Origin: Obrimoposthia wandeli
Lineage: Eukaryota
Direction of reading: 5' to 3'
NCBI GenBank assembly: GCA_977020255.1
Contig: CDROCS010002105.1
Span: 1 to 64,000 of the forward strand
DNA length: 64,000 nucleotides
Position 1 is the stretch's first letter. Each line of letters opens with the position of its first letter. The position numbers and the translations under genes were made by a program. Positions 51,384 to 62,015 of the stretch are shown in pieces. Below the pieces are notes generated by a model. It made no database searches, was not told the origin of the DNA, and worked only from the letters and a program-made list of their open reading frames with translations.

Positions 51384-53756
51384 ATGCCAATTAAACCCCT
51401 AAGCGGTGACAAGCTGTATCGAGCATCTGAATTGAATGGGCTAGATGCTGATTGCAAATCAACGAAGCATTTAACACCATTAGATGAAATTGTGGGCCAA
51501 GAAAGGGCGCAGCAGGCGGTTGAGTTTGCTATGTCGATTAAAGAGAAAGGTTATAACATCTATGCGATAGGTCGAAATGGCCTAGGTAAACGTACGATGG
51601 TGATGCGTTATTTAAATCGTCATGAGCCGAATGATAAAGAAAGCCATCTATATGATTGGTGTTATGTGGTTAATTTTGAAGAAACCCGTAGCCCGAAAGT
51701 TTTGATGCTACCTGCAGGAACAGGTATTCAATTTAAAAAAGACATTGAAAAGCTCATGCAGCGTTTAGTCAAAGGTATGCCACTCGCTTTTGATAATGAA
51801 ATGTATTACTCCCGAGCTGAAACACTTAAAAATCAGCTGGCTGAAAAGCAAGAGGGTGCTCTCGCTAATTTAACGAAGCAGGCTAAAGAAAAAGGCATTA
51901 GCCTATCGCTAACCACGCAGGGTGATTATCAATTAGTTGCCATGAATGGTGAAGACTTACACACCGAAGAAACGTTTGAACAATTAACTGAAGAAGAAAG
52001 AAATCAGTTTGACGAGAATATCAATCAGTTCGAAGTGAAATTGCGTGGCATTGTTCGTCAGCTAACGGAGTGGGAAGAAAGCTATACCGATAAACAGCAG
52101 AAGCTGAATGAAGAAATAGCCTCTGAAGTTATTGTACATTCGATCAAAGAAATAAAAGATAAATACCAACGTCAGCCAGAAGTGAAACAACATTTGGCGG
52201 CGCTGGAAAAAGATATTCTTGAAAATTTGGATATTTTTTTAGAGGAAAATGAAGAGCAAGTTGCATTAGCCTACGCTGCATTAGACAAGAAGATGCCGCG
52301 TCGCTATCAAGTGAATGTGCTCGTTAGCCAAGATGATAATAAATTTCCGATCGTGGTTGAAGAAAATCCGAATTATCACGCTATCTTTGGTTATGTTGAA
52401 AATGCGACATTTAAAGGTACCGTTTTTACCGATTTCTCATTGATCCGTCCTGGTAGTTTGCACCGTGCAAATGGTGGCGTGTTAATGATGGATGCGGTGA
52501 AAGTGCTTGAGCGGCCGTATGTATGGGATGGTTTGAAGCGTGCGCTTCGTTCACGTAAATTGAATTTGAGCTCACTAGAGCGTGAAGTAACGCTTTCTGG
52601 TACGATTTCGTTGGATCCTGAACCGATACCGTTAGATGTAAAAATCATCTTGTTTGGTGATTATCAGACGTATCAGTTGCTACAGCATTATGATCCTGAA
52701 TTTAGTGAACTGTTTCGTGTAACGGCTGATTTTGAAGATGAGATGGTGCGTACCGATGAATCGGAAGAGCACTATGCGCGCTTCATTTCTAGCATTGTTC
52801 ACGATAACAATATGTTGCATTGCGACCGTAAAGCGATTGCACGTGTGATTGAATACAGTTCTCGCCGAGCTGATGATCAGAATAAATTATCTCTGCATTC
52901 TGCCGATATTGCGAACTTACTCCGTGAAACTAATTACTGTGCGCGATCGTCGAATGCCACGATGATCCGAACGCATCATGTTGAACAAGCATTACAGAAT
53001 CAAGAGAAGCGGGTGAGCCGTTTAAAAGATCATGTTATGCACAGTTTCGTTACGGGTACGACACTGCTTGATACTGAAGGTGCAACTGTTGGGCAAGTTA
53101 ATGCATTGGCCGTTATTGCGACGTCAGATTATCAGTTTGGGTCACCTAACCGAATTACGGCGACCACTGCATTTGGCGAAGGCGATGTTTTCGACATTGA
53201 ACGCAAAGTGGAATTAGGGGGAAGTATTCACTCGAAAGGGGTGATGATCCTATCTGCTTATTTAGCGTCAGTGTTTGGTAAAACATCTAAAATCCCATTA
53301 ACCACACATTTAACCTTTGAGCAGTCGTACGGTGGTGTTGATGGTGATAGTGCATCAATGGCTGAGTTGTGTGCCATTGTTTCAGCTTTTTCTCAACAAC
53401 CGATTCGTCAAGATGTGGCGATTACAGGTTCAATGAACCAGTTTGGTGATGCGCAACCGATTGGAGGTGTTAACGAGAAAATCGAAGGCTTCTTTGATGT
53501 GTGTGTCATCAAGGGGCGTAAACCCACTCAAGGGGTAATTATCCCAGCATCGAATGCGCATAATTTGATGCTACGTAAAGATATTGTTGAGGCGGTAGAA
53601 AAAGGCAATTTCCAGATATGGGCAATTAGCCATGTTAAAGAAGCTATCGAAATTCTTATGGGGATGAAAGCCGGCATGCTAACAGAGCATGGTAATTATG
53701 ATCTTGATTCTATCTTTGGTATTGCGCAGATCAAGTTGAACGCGTTAAGAAAGTAA
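51384..53756 (+). CDS. Lon-family (LonB/YcbZ-like) ATP-dependent protease
   Basis: GRNGLGKRT, PGSLHRANGG, VDGDSAS catalytic Ser, GGVNEKIEGF catalytic Lys. Confidence 0.92.
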   Translation: MPIKPLSGDKLYRASELNGLDADCKSTKHLTPLDEIVGQERAQQAVEFAMSIKEKGYNIYAIGRNGLGKRTMVMRYLNRHEPNDKESHLYDWCYVVNFEETRSPKVLMLPAGTGIQFKKDIEKLMQRLVKGMPLAFDNEMYYSRAETLKNQLAEKQEGALANLTKQAKEKGISLSLTTQGDYQLVAMNGEDLHTEETFEQLTEEERNQFDENINQFEVKLRGIVRQLTEWEESYTDKQQKLNEEIASEVIVHSIKEIKDKYQRQPEVKQHLAALEKDILENLDIFLEENEEQVALAYAALDKKMPRRYQVNVLVSQDDNKFPIVVEENPNYHAIFGYVENATFKGTVFTDFSLIRPGSLHRANGGVLMMDAVKVLERPYVWDGLKRALRSRKLNLSSLEREVTLSGTISLDPEPIPLDVKIILFGDYQTYQLLQHYDPEFSELFRVTADFEDEMVRTDESEEHYARFISSIVHDNNMLHCDRKAIARVIEYSSRRADDQNKLSLHSADIANLLRETNYCARSSNATMIRTHHVEQALQNQEKRVSRLKDHVMHSFVTGTTLLDTEGATVGQVNALAVIATSDYQFGSPNRITATTAFGEGDVFDIERKVELGGSIHSKGVMILSAYLASVFGKTSKIPLTTHLTFEQSYGGVDGDSASMAELCAIVSAFSQQPIRQDVAITGSMNQFGDAQPIGGVNEKIEGFFDVCVIKGRKPTQGVIIPASNAHNLMLRKDIVEAVEKGNFQIWAISHVKEAIEILMGMKAGMLTEHGNYDLDSIFGIAQIKLNALRK

Positions 53757-53789
53757 TTAGCATACAACACTAATTATCTAAACGGGCAG

Positions 53790-53825
53790 AGCTGCATGGT
53801 GTTGATATACCATGCGGTTTTTTTT
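53790..53825 (+). terminator. Intrinsic terminator
   Basis: gctgcatggt...accatgcggt followed by a T run. Confidence 0.75.
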
Positions 53826-53867
53826 CTAATCAATCCAACAACGTTGGCTAAAACATGTTTGGAACGG

Positions 53868-56069
53868 TCATATAGTTAGGACTACATTTTCATTTTTTAT
53901 TACACTGTCGTTTTTGATTATACTGTTGTAGCTCGAAATACTGTTTCGTTGCTGATTTTTACCAAAGTATAAGGCTTGGTCCGTAAATTGAATCAGCGTG
54001 TTTAGCGTCATATTTTCTGTGTTTTCAACGTTGCTTTGTGGCTGCCAACAATAAGTACCAATCGTTAATGACAGGCGATCAGAACAACAGGATTTTGGGT
54101 GCATAATCAATGCGTCAGATAGTTTAATTTGTAACTTAGTGGCTTTAGCGTAAGCCTCTTCCTGAGATTGGTTATAAAGCAATATTAAAAACTCATCGCC
54201 ACCATATCTAAATACATAATCATCATCAGAATTAAAAATAGACCGAAAAAAAGTGGCAAGAATTTTCAATACTTCGTCACCTTTGTGGTGTCCGAAATAA
54301 TCATTAAAGTCTTTGTAGTAGTCTATATCGATCATCAAACAACTGAGTGGTTGCTTTCTATTGGTTGCTTGGTTTATTAAGTGAGGTACAACGGCTTCCA
54401 ATTCATAACGATTCCATAACCCTGTTAGAGGGTCTTGGCGTGATATTGTATCTAGCTTTTTATTGATTTCTTTAAGTTCTAGCTGCTGACGTTTTAATTT
54501 GAGTGTTTGGCGTTGGTTCTCTAAAGAGACGGCAATAAAGCTAGCCAATTGCTGAGCGAGTTCACAATGATAATGCTGGTACGCATACGGAGTATGGTGC
54601 TCAAGAAAGAGCACGCCAGTAATAACCCCATTTAATATTATTGGGGTAATAATGGCTGACTGACAAGTGTCTCCTTCCCCAAAGTACATTTGAGAGTCCA
54701 TTTCTTCTGGGTTTACATACACTGCAATATCTTTTTCTGAGTTGGTGTTGAGGTGAATAGTTTCGCCGTGTTTAATGCAATAGCTACCAATACTCGACAT
54801 ATTGTTACACCCGATCACGAACTTCGGCAATATTTGATGTTTCTCAATAAAATAATCGTAATTGAGCTGATTTTTTTGTTTGTCATGAAAAGCGATGCCA
54901 AAAATATCAATGGGGATAATGGTATTTAACTGGGTATAAATATCGTTAAGGCAATTTTCTATCTTACGTGCTGTCGCTATCTGCTGACCAATTTGTGTGA
55001 TTACCTTTAGGTTGTTATGCAGCATATGTAGCATGTCGTGCTCGCGTTTCTCTGCCCCTAATTTTAAGATGTTCTCTATATAATGGGTTTCTTTTTTTGC
55101 AGCACGCTGTAGCTCTGTATTGGCTTCTTTTACTTGTAAAGCAATCACATCCCGCTCTTGCTGTAATTTACCTTGTTCACGATAAATTTCAGCTTCAAGT
55201 TCGTGAAGTTTTGACTGTGCATTATAATTATTTTCTTGGCCAAGAAGTGCTTTTGCTTCACTACATTTTATGAGTGCCTGCTCTGTGCGTCCGCCGACTA
55301 GCAGTAATTTGGCATAGTGATATAGGTTTTCTGAATGACCAAAAAATTCATAAGATTCTTGAAAATATTCGCAAGCGTGCTCATATTTTTGCTCAGCTAA
55401 TTCAAATTGATGGTTAAAGGTTAGAATTTGAGCCCAATAAGACCAAGCGAACCCCATATTTCTAGGGCAGTCCGTTTCTTTAGCAACGTCGATACTTTTA
55501 TTTATCCATTTGAAAGCGCGATCAAGCTTCCCTCTATGAGCTAAGGCTAAGGCGATGTTCATTTGGCTAAGTGCTAAACATGTTTTGTCTTGAATTGCGT
55601 TTGCTATTTTCTCTGCTTTTCTACAATGCTGTTCGGCACGTGTGAAGTCAGATAATAATAAGTAAGCATCACCAATATTAAGATTGAGCAAAAGATGAAA
55701 ATTATCATCTTTAAGTGATGTGTTTTCGTAAGCTGTTAAGAAGTGCTTCAAGGCTTGATGCGAGTATCCAAGCAAAGAGTAAATAGTACCGAGATGCAGA
55801 TCGCAATATAGGTGGAGTACACAGTTATCCTGTTTCTTACTTAGCATTTTACTGTGCAAAAAGCCTGGAATTGCATCTTCAATGTTGTAGGTGCGGTATG
55901 CTTGATAAGCACTTAAAAAATGTTCGTATTCTGCTGGAAGAGTAATGCCAGTATTCGACACCATGTCATCAATTTTAACTCGCACATTATCAATAGCATC
56001 TCGACCTTTATAGTGTTGAAGTCGAGTTAGCATTGAAAGTATTTGAGGTAGTATTTGCTTGTCTGACAT
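53868..56069 (-). CDS. Diguanylate cyclase with TPR-like and GAF domains
   Basis: DPLTGLWNR, MIDIDYYKDFNDYFGHHKGD, RYGGDEF; helical TPR-like N-terminus; GAF (SAIITPII..G...GVL). Confidence 0.9.
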   Translation of the reverse strand: MSDKQILPQILSMLTRLQHYKGRDAIDNVRVKIDDMVSNTGITLPAEYEHFLSAYQAYRTYNIEDAIPGFLHSKMLSKKQDNCVLHLYCDLHLGTIYSLLGYSHQALKHFLTAYENTSLKDDNFHLLLNLNIGDAYLLLSDFTRAEQHCRKAEKIANAIQDKTCLALSQMNIALALAHRGKLDRAFKWINKSIDVAKETDCPRNMGFAWSYWAQILTFNHQFELAEQKYEHACEYFQESYEFFGHSENLYHYAKLLLVGGRTEQALIKCSEAKALLGQENNYNAQSKLHELEAEIYREQGKLQQERDVIALQVKEANTELQRAAKKETHYIENILKLGAEKREHDMLHMLHNNLKVITQIGQQIATARKIENCLNDIYTQLNTIIPIDIFGIAFHDKQKNQLNYDYFIEKHQILPKFVIGCNNMSSIGSYCIKHGETIHLNTNSEKDIAVYVNPEEMDSQMYFGEGDTCQSAIITPIILNGVITGVLFLEHHTPYAYQHYHCELAQQLASFIAVSLENQRQTLKLKRQQLELKEINKKLDTISRQDPLTGLWNRYELEAVVPHLINQATNRKQPLSCLMIDIDYYKDFNDYFGHHKGDEVLKILATFFRSIFNSDDDYVFRYGGDEFLILLYNQSQEEAYAKATKLQIKLSDALIMHPKSCCSDRLSLTIGTYCWQPQSNVENTENMTLNTLIQFTDQALYFGKNQQRNSISSYNSIIKNDSVIKNENVVLTI

Positions 56070-56264
56070 GTATTGCCTTATACAAAAAAGGAAAGTGCAT
56101 TGACGGTTGCTATTAATAGCGCACTATACAGTAACCAGTCATTAAGCGTAAAATGCACTAGTCTAAAAGATAGAAATAAAAGTCAAGTTCACAATAACTT
56201 GTATGTTAAACGCAATAGCTAAAGGTAAAAGTGATAGCACTCTAATACCAAAGGATTGAGCGCA

Positions 56265-57158
56265 TTATGCTCTCTTTTTATCTTTACTAAACCACCAACA
56301 CAGCAGTGAAGACAGCGTCACCATTGCCACACCTTGCCAAAAACGCGTTGTTAATGAAATATCTAAAATCCATGCGGATAAGAACGTCGAAAATATTGGC
56401 GTAAAGTACGATAGTGTAGCCAATAACATCATGTTTCCCCCAATGATGCCGATATTCCACAACGCGTAACCGCTACCCATTACAATACCGGCTAATAATA
56501 AATCAATCACGGATTGTGTGGTGAATACCAATGCCCCTTCATCACTAAAGAAGTACTTGATCCATAACGCGATAGCTGTCGCAATAAAAAACCACGTAAT
56601 GGCATTTTTTCCATTAGAAAGGTGTTTGGTAACATTACAATATATTGCCCACAAGAAGGCACCAATTAAGGCCATTGAATAACTTGCAGGGTTACTTGCT
56701 ACATTGCTAACTAAGCGTTCAAGGGAAAGGCCCTGATCACCGCTCATTGTCCACGCTACCCCAAAGAATGACAGCAAAATGGATGGGTAGATAACAACAT
56801 TGACTTTCTTCTTGCTGGCAAGAACGGCTAATAGCACCGTTAAAGAGGGCCATAAATAATTCACAATACTAACTTCAATGGCTTGAAGGCGATTATTCGC
56901 CATCCCTAGAGCTAAAGATAAGCAGATCTCATAACTTACAAATAAACCGCCGCCAATCAATAGGTAGCGAGTAGAGAATGAAGGCAAGCGTGGCGCACCT
57001 AATGTCACAATCAAAAAAAGCGAACTGACTGTGTAAATCATCGCCGCCCCACCAATCGGACCAAGTTGTTCTGCAACATTTCGGAGCAAACCCACGGTTA
57101 AACTCCACAGCACAATAGCTGCGCATCCAGCGAGGGTGAATTTGTAGGGGTTGGTCAC
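56265..57158 (-). CDS. yddG: EamA/DMT-family exporter (aromatic amino-acid exporter-like)
   Basis: GTG start with GAGG SD; AIVLWS..VGL.R.V.E.LGP.GGAA; NYLWP; LSYFTP. Confidence 0.8.
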   Translation of the reverse strand: MTNPYKFTLAGCAAIVLWSLTVGLLRNVAEQLGPIGGAAMIYTVSSLFLIVTLGAPRLPSFSTRYLLIGGGLFVSYEICLSLALGMANNRLQAIEVSIVNYLWPSLTVLLAVLASKKKVNVVIYPSILLSFFGVAWTMSGDQGLSLERLVSNVASNPASYSMALIGAFLWAIYCNVTKHLSNGKNAITWFFIATAIALWIKYFFSDEGALVFTTQSVIDLLLAGIVMGSGYALWNIGIIGGNMMLLATLSYFTPIFSTFLSAWILDISLTTRFWQGVAMVTLSSLLCWWFSKDKKRA

Positions 57159-57255
57159 ATATAACCTCAGAAATACAGCAAGATAGAGAGTAATTAGATC
57201 ATGATGCAGAGGGGAGGGCAAGGGGATAAAGATTGTATTCTAATTAAATACGCTG

Positions 57256-57400
57256 AATCACTCCCGAAGGGCGAGTTTTGTTGGGCTCTATGCGGTGTTA
57301 CTTATTTTCAACGTAGAACGACTAGGTCTATAAATAAGTGCCTTGCCTAGAGCCCAGCAAATTCTCGCTGAAACGAGTATCTTGAGGTAACTTGGGTATA
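57256..57400. repeat. ERIC-like/MITE element with a long internal hairpin
   Basis: gcgagttttgttgggctcta...tagagcccagcaaattctcgc stem; ends atcttgaggtaacttgggtata. Confidence 0.75.
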
Positions 57401-57446
57401 CAAGGTGCTTTCGTTTTAATACGGTTATATGGCGCGTACAACTGGC

Positions 57447-58154
57447 TTAGTTAAGCTTTTCATCATTTACTACTTTTCCATCTTTAATGCTAAGAATACG
57501 TTTAGTGCGGCGTGCTAAGGCGTTATCGTGGGTCACAATAATTAAGGTGCAGCCTTCTTGGTGCAACGTATTAAATAGCATTTCAATCTCGGCGCCTGAT
57601 TTTGAATCTAACGCCCCTGTTGGTTCATCTGCCAGTATGATTTGCGGGTCATTAACGAGGGCGCGAGCAATGGCAACCCGTTGTTTTTGACCACCAGAAA
57701 GCTGGTTGGGTTTGTGGTTCATACGGTCGCCCAAGCCTACACGTTTTAATAGTTCTGTCGCTTTTGCTCGGCGTGTTTTTGCATTTACGCCAGCATAGAC
57801 CAGTGGCAGTGCGACATTTTCTAATGCTGTGGCGTATTCCAGTAAATTAAAACTTTGGAATACAAAACCAATTTTACTGTTACGAATGGCAGAAAGTTGG
57901 GTACTGCTTAAGGCTGACACATCACTATTGTCTAGTCGGTAAGTACCCGCCGTCGGTTTATCTAAACATCCGAGTACATTCATAAGCGTCGACTTACCCG
58001 ACCCTGATGGGCCGAGAATTGATAAAAATTCACCTTTATGAATGGTTAGGTCTACACCATCGAGTGCGTAAACCTCTTCATCACCATTTTTATAGTGCTT
58101 GCTAATGCTATTCAGCTGAACGAGAGGTTTGGCGTGTGTCGAAATAGGGTTCAT
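57447..58154 (-). CDS. ABC ATP-binding protein (MacB/LolD-type NBD)
   Basis: GPSGSGKS, LSGGQKQRV, LADEPTG, VTHD. Confidence 0.95.
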   Translation of the reverse strand: MNPISTHAKPLVQLNSISKHYKNGDEEVYALDGVDLTIHKGEFLSILGPSGSGKSTLMNVLGCLDKPTAGTYRLDNSDVSALSSTQLSAIRNSKIGFVFQSFNLLEYATALENVALPLVYAGVNAKTRRAKATELLKRVGLGDRMNHKPNQLSGGQKQRVAIARALVNDPQIILADEPTGALDSKSGAEIEMLFNTLHQEGCTLIIVTHDNALARRTKRILSIKDGKVVNDEKLN

Positions 58155-58160
58155 GAATGC

Positions 58161-59441
58161 TTACTCACTTTGCAATGCTTCTAATGGTGTAATACTGGCG
58201 GCGTGACGAGTGGGAAACCATGCTGCTGCAATACCAACAATACTTAATGCTAAAATAACGAGGCTAACGATAGGGAGTGATAATTCAGGAATGGGTTGCC
58301 CGAGATAATCATATAATCCATTACCTTGAAGAGGAATGTTTTGTAGTAGGCTTACTAAGCCGTATGTTAGCCCTAGCCCAATCAGACCTCCGGCAGCGAT
58401 GGTGATAAAGGCTTGAGTCAAATAATGTAATTTGATGTCGTTAGGTGTTGCGCCAACAGCCATTCTGACTCCGATATCACGTGTGGCTCGCTTCACGGTC
58501 GCATACATAACGTTGGCAATACCAATACCCGCCACGGCTAATGTAACGAGCCCAATAATACCTAAAAAGCTTTGTAAACCGATTAAAAATTGGCGCATGG
58601 TTTTTTGCCTTAATAACATGTCTTGCGTCTGAACGAGTTGTTCATCATCCATGCTTGCACCGTATTTTCGTGCAATTACGTGTTTAGCCGTTGTAGCGAC
58701 TTTTTCACGATCTACGCCTTCTGTGGGCTTAATATTAATCGCACCAATGGGTGAATTAGCATTGAAGCGGGACCATGTTGTAAAGGGAACAAAAATAGCA
58801 AAGTTAATCGGTGTGCCATCTTCTATATTGGAGGTATTAGGTTTTAACACGCCAATTACCGCGAAATTCTCTTCGCCGACTTTTACTTGTTTTCCGACGG
58901 GAGAGGCTGCTAAATCGGGTATGTTATCCCAATCGAAGTCATCATCTTTATTGAATAGACTGACTGCTGCATTGTGGCCGAGAACAATGACTTTACGTTG
59001 TTCTTTCATGTCTAAAGGATTGAACCAACGACCGCCAGAGGCGATTTCTAAACCCGTTAATGCTTGGTATTGAGGATAAACGGCTAAGGGTTGCTGCCAT
59101 GTACCGTTATCGTTATACCTAACATCTTCTGCCCATGTTGCACTTGGCTCGGCGTATTCAATCGAAGGCAGTGCACGTAGTACATTCACATCATCCGGTT
59201 TAAGGTTGAGCTGTTTCCCTTTTGAAAATTGGCCATAGTCTTTCGTCGCAAAACCACCCGTTAACATGATGAGATTACCGTTACCATTGCTGGTAGTACG
59301 AATAAGCCCTTGGCGTAAACCTTCACCAATGGCGAGCATAGATGCGATAGAAACTGTTGCCCATACAATGGCTAAAATCGTTAGCCCTAGGCGCATTTTC
59401 TCTGCGGTCATTTCATGTATTATTTGTCGTAATGGCAGCAT
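58161..59441 (-). CDS. MacB/FtsX-type ABC permease
   Basis: GIANVMYATV..ATRDIGVRMAVGA. Confidence 0.92.
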   Translation of the reverse strand: MLPLRQIIHEMTAEKMRLGLTILAIVWATVSIASMLAIGEGLRQGLIRTTSNGNGNLIMLTGGFATKDYGQFSKGKQLNLKPDDVNVLRALPSIEYAEPSATWAEDVRYNDNGTWQQPLAVYPQYQALTGLEIASGGRWFNPLDMKEQRKVIVLGHNAAVSLFNKDDDFDWDNIPDLAASPVGKQVKVGEENFAVIGVLKPNTSNIEDGTPINFAIFVPFTTWSRFNANSPIGAINIKPTEGVDREKVATTAKHVIARKYGASMDDEQLVQTQDMLLRQKTMRQFLIGLQSFLGIIGLVTLAVAGIGIANVMYATVKRATRDIGVRMAVGATPNDIKLHYLTQAFITIAAGGLIGLGLTYGLVSLLQNIPLQGNGLYDYLGQPIPELSLPIVSLVILALSIVGIAAAWFPTRHAASITPLEALQSE

Positions 59442-59442
59442 G

Positions 59443-60660
59443 TTATGCCCTCGCACTTAACGCGATAACAGGCGTAAGGTTCGATGCTCGGCGTGCCGGA
59501 AAGAAAGACGCTAATAACGCTAAAATAGCGGTAACAAACAGCGCCATCATGATGGCATCCAAGGTCATTATCGGGTCGCCAAGCCATTCTGGTAATCCTA
59601 TTTGATTCATTAGTGCAACCACGGCGTAAGAAATGCTAACGCCTAGTACGGTGCCCATTGCCACTAAAATGCCGCCTTCAAGTAAAAATTGTACCAGAAT
59701 ATTATTGGGTGTAGCGCCAATGGCCAGCCTTACGCCAATTTCACGTGTACGCTCGGTAACGGATAAAAACATGATATTAGCGACGCCTAAGGCTCCAACC
59801 GCTAAGGTCATTGCGCCACTTGCCCCAAGAAACATTTGGATACCCCGTAGCAAAGCGGTAAAAAATTTTGCATCTTGGCTAAAGTCAGGTAACCAAACCG
59901 CTCGTTTATCTGTTGGGTCAAAATGTTTTTGGTTAGCAAAGAATGACAATAAATTTTGACGAAGAATAACGCCTGAAATGCCTTCCGCTGGCGTCACCAT
60001 AATTTGACTGGGTTTATCGCTCCACAGATCAGAGAAGGTCGTATTGGGAATGATCACTTGGTTATCTTCCCGCCCCATTGATATTCCCCCTTCACTTTGC
60101 TGAGTAATGCCAGACACTAAGAAAGGAATGCCATTTACCTTTAACTTATCACCGAGTCTTAAATTGCCTTGTTTTGCTAACTGCCAACCGATGATGGCAA
60201 TGCGGTTATGGTTGTTAAGGTCACTTTTACTGATGTTACGCGACCCTAGTACGAGTTTTACTTTACGCATATCAACATAGTGATTATCAACACCACGCAC
60301 ATAACCGGGTAAGGTATGCCCCGTGATGTCTGTGACGCTGGCATCCCATTTTCGGTATAAAACTGATACTGCTTTTATCGCTGATTGTTTTTCTAATAAC
60401 CGAAATTCAGGTTCAGAGAGTGAGATTTGGCGCCGTGCGGGTAATCCTTGCCAAGGCTTACTGGTCATTTCTGGCACGGCTAGCTGTGTGTCACTCATTA
60501 ATAATGAAAATGATTTGGCGTTTACCTGATAAAAACCTTCACCTAATGCCATTAGTACTAAGACAGATACGATTCCCCACACAATCGCAATAATGGCAAG
60601 TAGGCTACGAAGTCGGTGGGCAAACAGCATTTGCACGATTTGCTGTAACATTGGCATCAT
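59443..60660 (-). CDS. MacB/FtsX-type ABC permease
   Basis: GVANIMFLSVTERTREIGVRLAIGA. Confidence 0.93.
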   Translation of the reverse strand: MMPMLQQIVQMLFAHRLRSLLAIIAIVWGIVSVLVLMALGEGFYQVNAKSFSLLMSDTQLAVPEMTSKPWQGLPARRQISLSEPEFRLLEKQSAIKAVSVLYRKWDASVTDITGHTLPGYVRGVDNHYVDMRKVKLVLGSRNISKSDLNNHNRIAIIGWQLAKQGNLRLGDKLKVNGIPFLVSGITQQSEGGISMGREDNQVIIPNTTFSDLWSDKPSQIMVTPAEGISGVILRQNLLSFFANQKHFDPTDKRAVWLPDFSQDAKFFTALLRGIQMFLGASGAMTLAVGALGVANIMFLSVTERTREIGVRLAIGATPNNILVQFLLEGGILVAMGTVLGVSISYAVVALMNQIGLPEWLGDPIMTLDAIMMALFVTAILALLASFFPARRASNLTPVIALSARA

Positions 60661-62015
60661 GCTGCAAGTGCTCTTGATATTTGTTTTATTGTTTCATCAT
60701 CCAGCTTTCCTACCGATTTCAAGAGCGAAACACGGTGTTGCCAGTATTGATAAAGCAATGACTGTAGGCTGTTTTTACTGCTGAATAGGTTGTTATGCGC
60801 CGTTATAATATCGGTTGCATCTACTAAACCAGCGTCATAAACGGTTTGCTTACTTTTTAAGGCTCTTTCACGTGATGCGACTTGTTGTTGGGCTATTTCG
60901 ACACGTTGCCAATCGAGCTTTACCTGATTAAAACGACTCTGAATGGTTTGCTTTATATTGATTTCTACAATGCGGATATCTTGCTTTGCTTGGTTAAGCG
61001 TTAAACTTGAGCGATCGACACTTGCACGTGTTGAACCATTTAAATCGATAGGAATATTTAATGTAATACCCGCACTTAAATCATCACTATTACGGCGGTC
61101 GTTATCGCGGTAATTAATAGAACCTGCAACTGTTGGGTAGTATCCGGATTTTGCTTGGTCATATTGGAATTGGTTAGCTTTCAATGTTTGTTGGGCAGCC
61201 AGTAACTCAGGGCTGTTATCGCGCGCAAGTGCTAACCATTCTTTCTCGCTATTCACTTGCATTACAGGTTGTTTCAGCGATGTTGTACTTATTTCATTGA
61301 TAGAGTTAGGTACTTGATTGATTAAAGCGGTTAACGCGGCTTGCAATGTATCGATACCAGAGCGGTTTTGTAGAATCAACGCTTGTTCATCAATATGATT
61401 CGCGCGCATATCTTCCACTTCGGTAATCATGATACTGCCAGCAGCATAGCGTTGCTCGGTGATAATGAGCATTTTCTGCCCTTCATCCAGTTTCTGCTGT
61501 GCTAAGCGTAAATCCCCATTTGCTTGCGCTAAATTGAGGTAAGCGGTGATCAATTTTTCGGCAAGGTCGTTGTGAGCTTGGCGTTCTTGTAATTGCGAAG
61601 ACACATAAAAAGCTTCTGAGGCATTTAAGCCAGACCACTTAGCACTGTCCCAAATGGTTTGGCTTAACCCCACCGAGTAACCATTGGTGTTTTTGCCGTC
61701 ATCATTCCAACTTGATGTGGCGCTTGCGTTAAGGCCAGGCAGTAAATCGCTGCGGCTTGAACGAATATTCGTTTCACTTATTTGAGTATCAATTTGTGCT
61801 TTTTGATAACTAGGATCAAAGGTTTTAGAGGCTTCCCATGCTTGTTCAATCGTAATGGCATACGTGGGGGTTGCCATGCCAATAAGAAATACACCGCCTA
61901 CAATTCGATAAGTCTTTTGCAAGAGTATAGCTACGTGCTGCAAGAATATGTCTACGCGTAGTAACAGACTATTTCTAGGTGCAGTACCAACAGTGGTTTG
62001 TATCAGCTTAGGCAT
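60657..62015 (-). CDS. TolC-family outer-membrane efflux protein (true start probably later)
   Basis: LLPGLNASA, AKSGYYPTV, LNIPI, DIITA. Confidence 0.9.
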   Translation of the reverse strand: MPKLIQTTVGTAPRNSLLLRVDIFLQHVAILLQKTYRIVGGVFLIGMATPTYAITIEQAWEASKTFDPSYQKAQIDTQISETNIRSSRSDLLPGLNASATSSWNDDGKNTNGYSVGLSQTIWDSAKWSGLNASEAFYVSSQLQERQAHNDLAEKLITAYLNLAQANGDLRLAQQKLDEGQKMLIITEQRYAAGSIMITEVEDMRANHIDEQALILQNRSGIDTLQAALTALINQVPNSINEISTTSLKQPVMQVNSEKEWLALARDNSPELLAAQQTLKANQFQYDQAKSGYYPTVAGSINYRDNDRRNSDDLSAGITLNIPIDLNGSTRASVDRSSLTLNQAKQDIRIVEINIKQTIQSRFNQVKLDWQRVEIAQQQVASRERALKSKQTVYDAGLVDATDIITAHNNLFSSKNSLQSLLYQYWQHRVSLLKSVGKLDDETIKQISRALAA

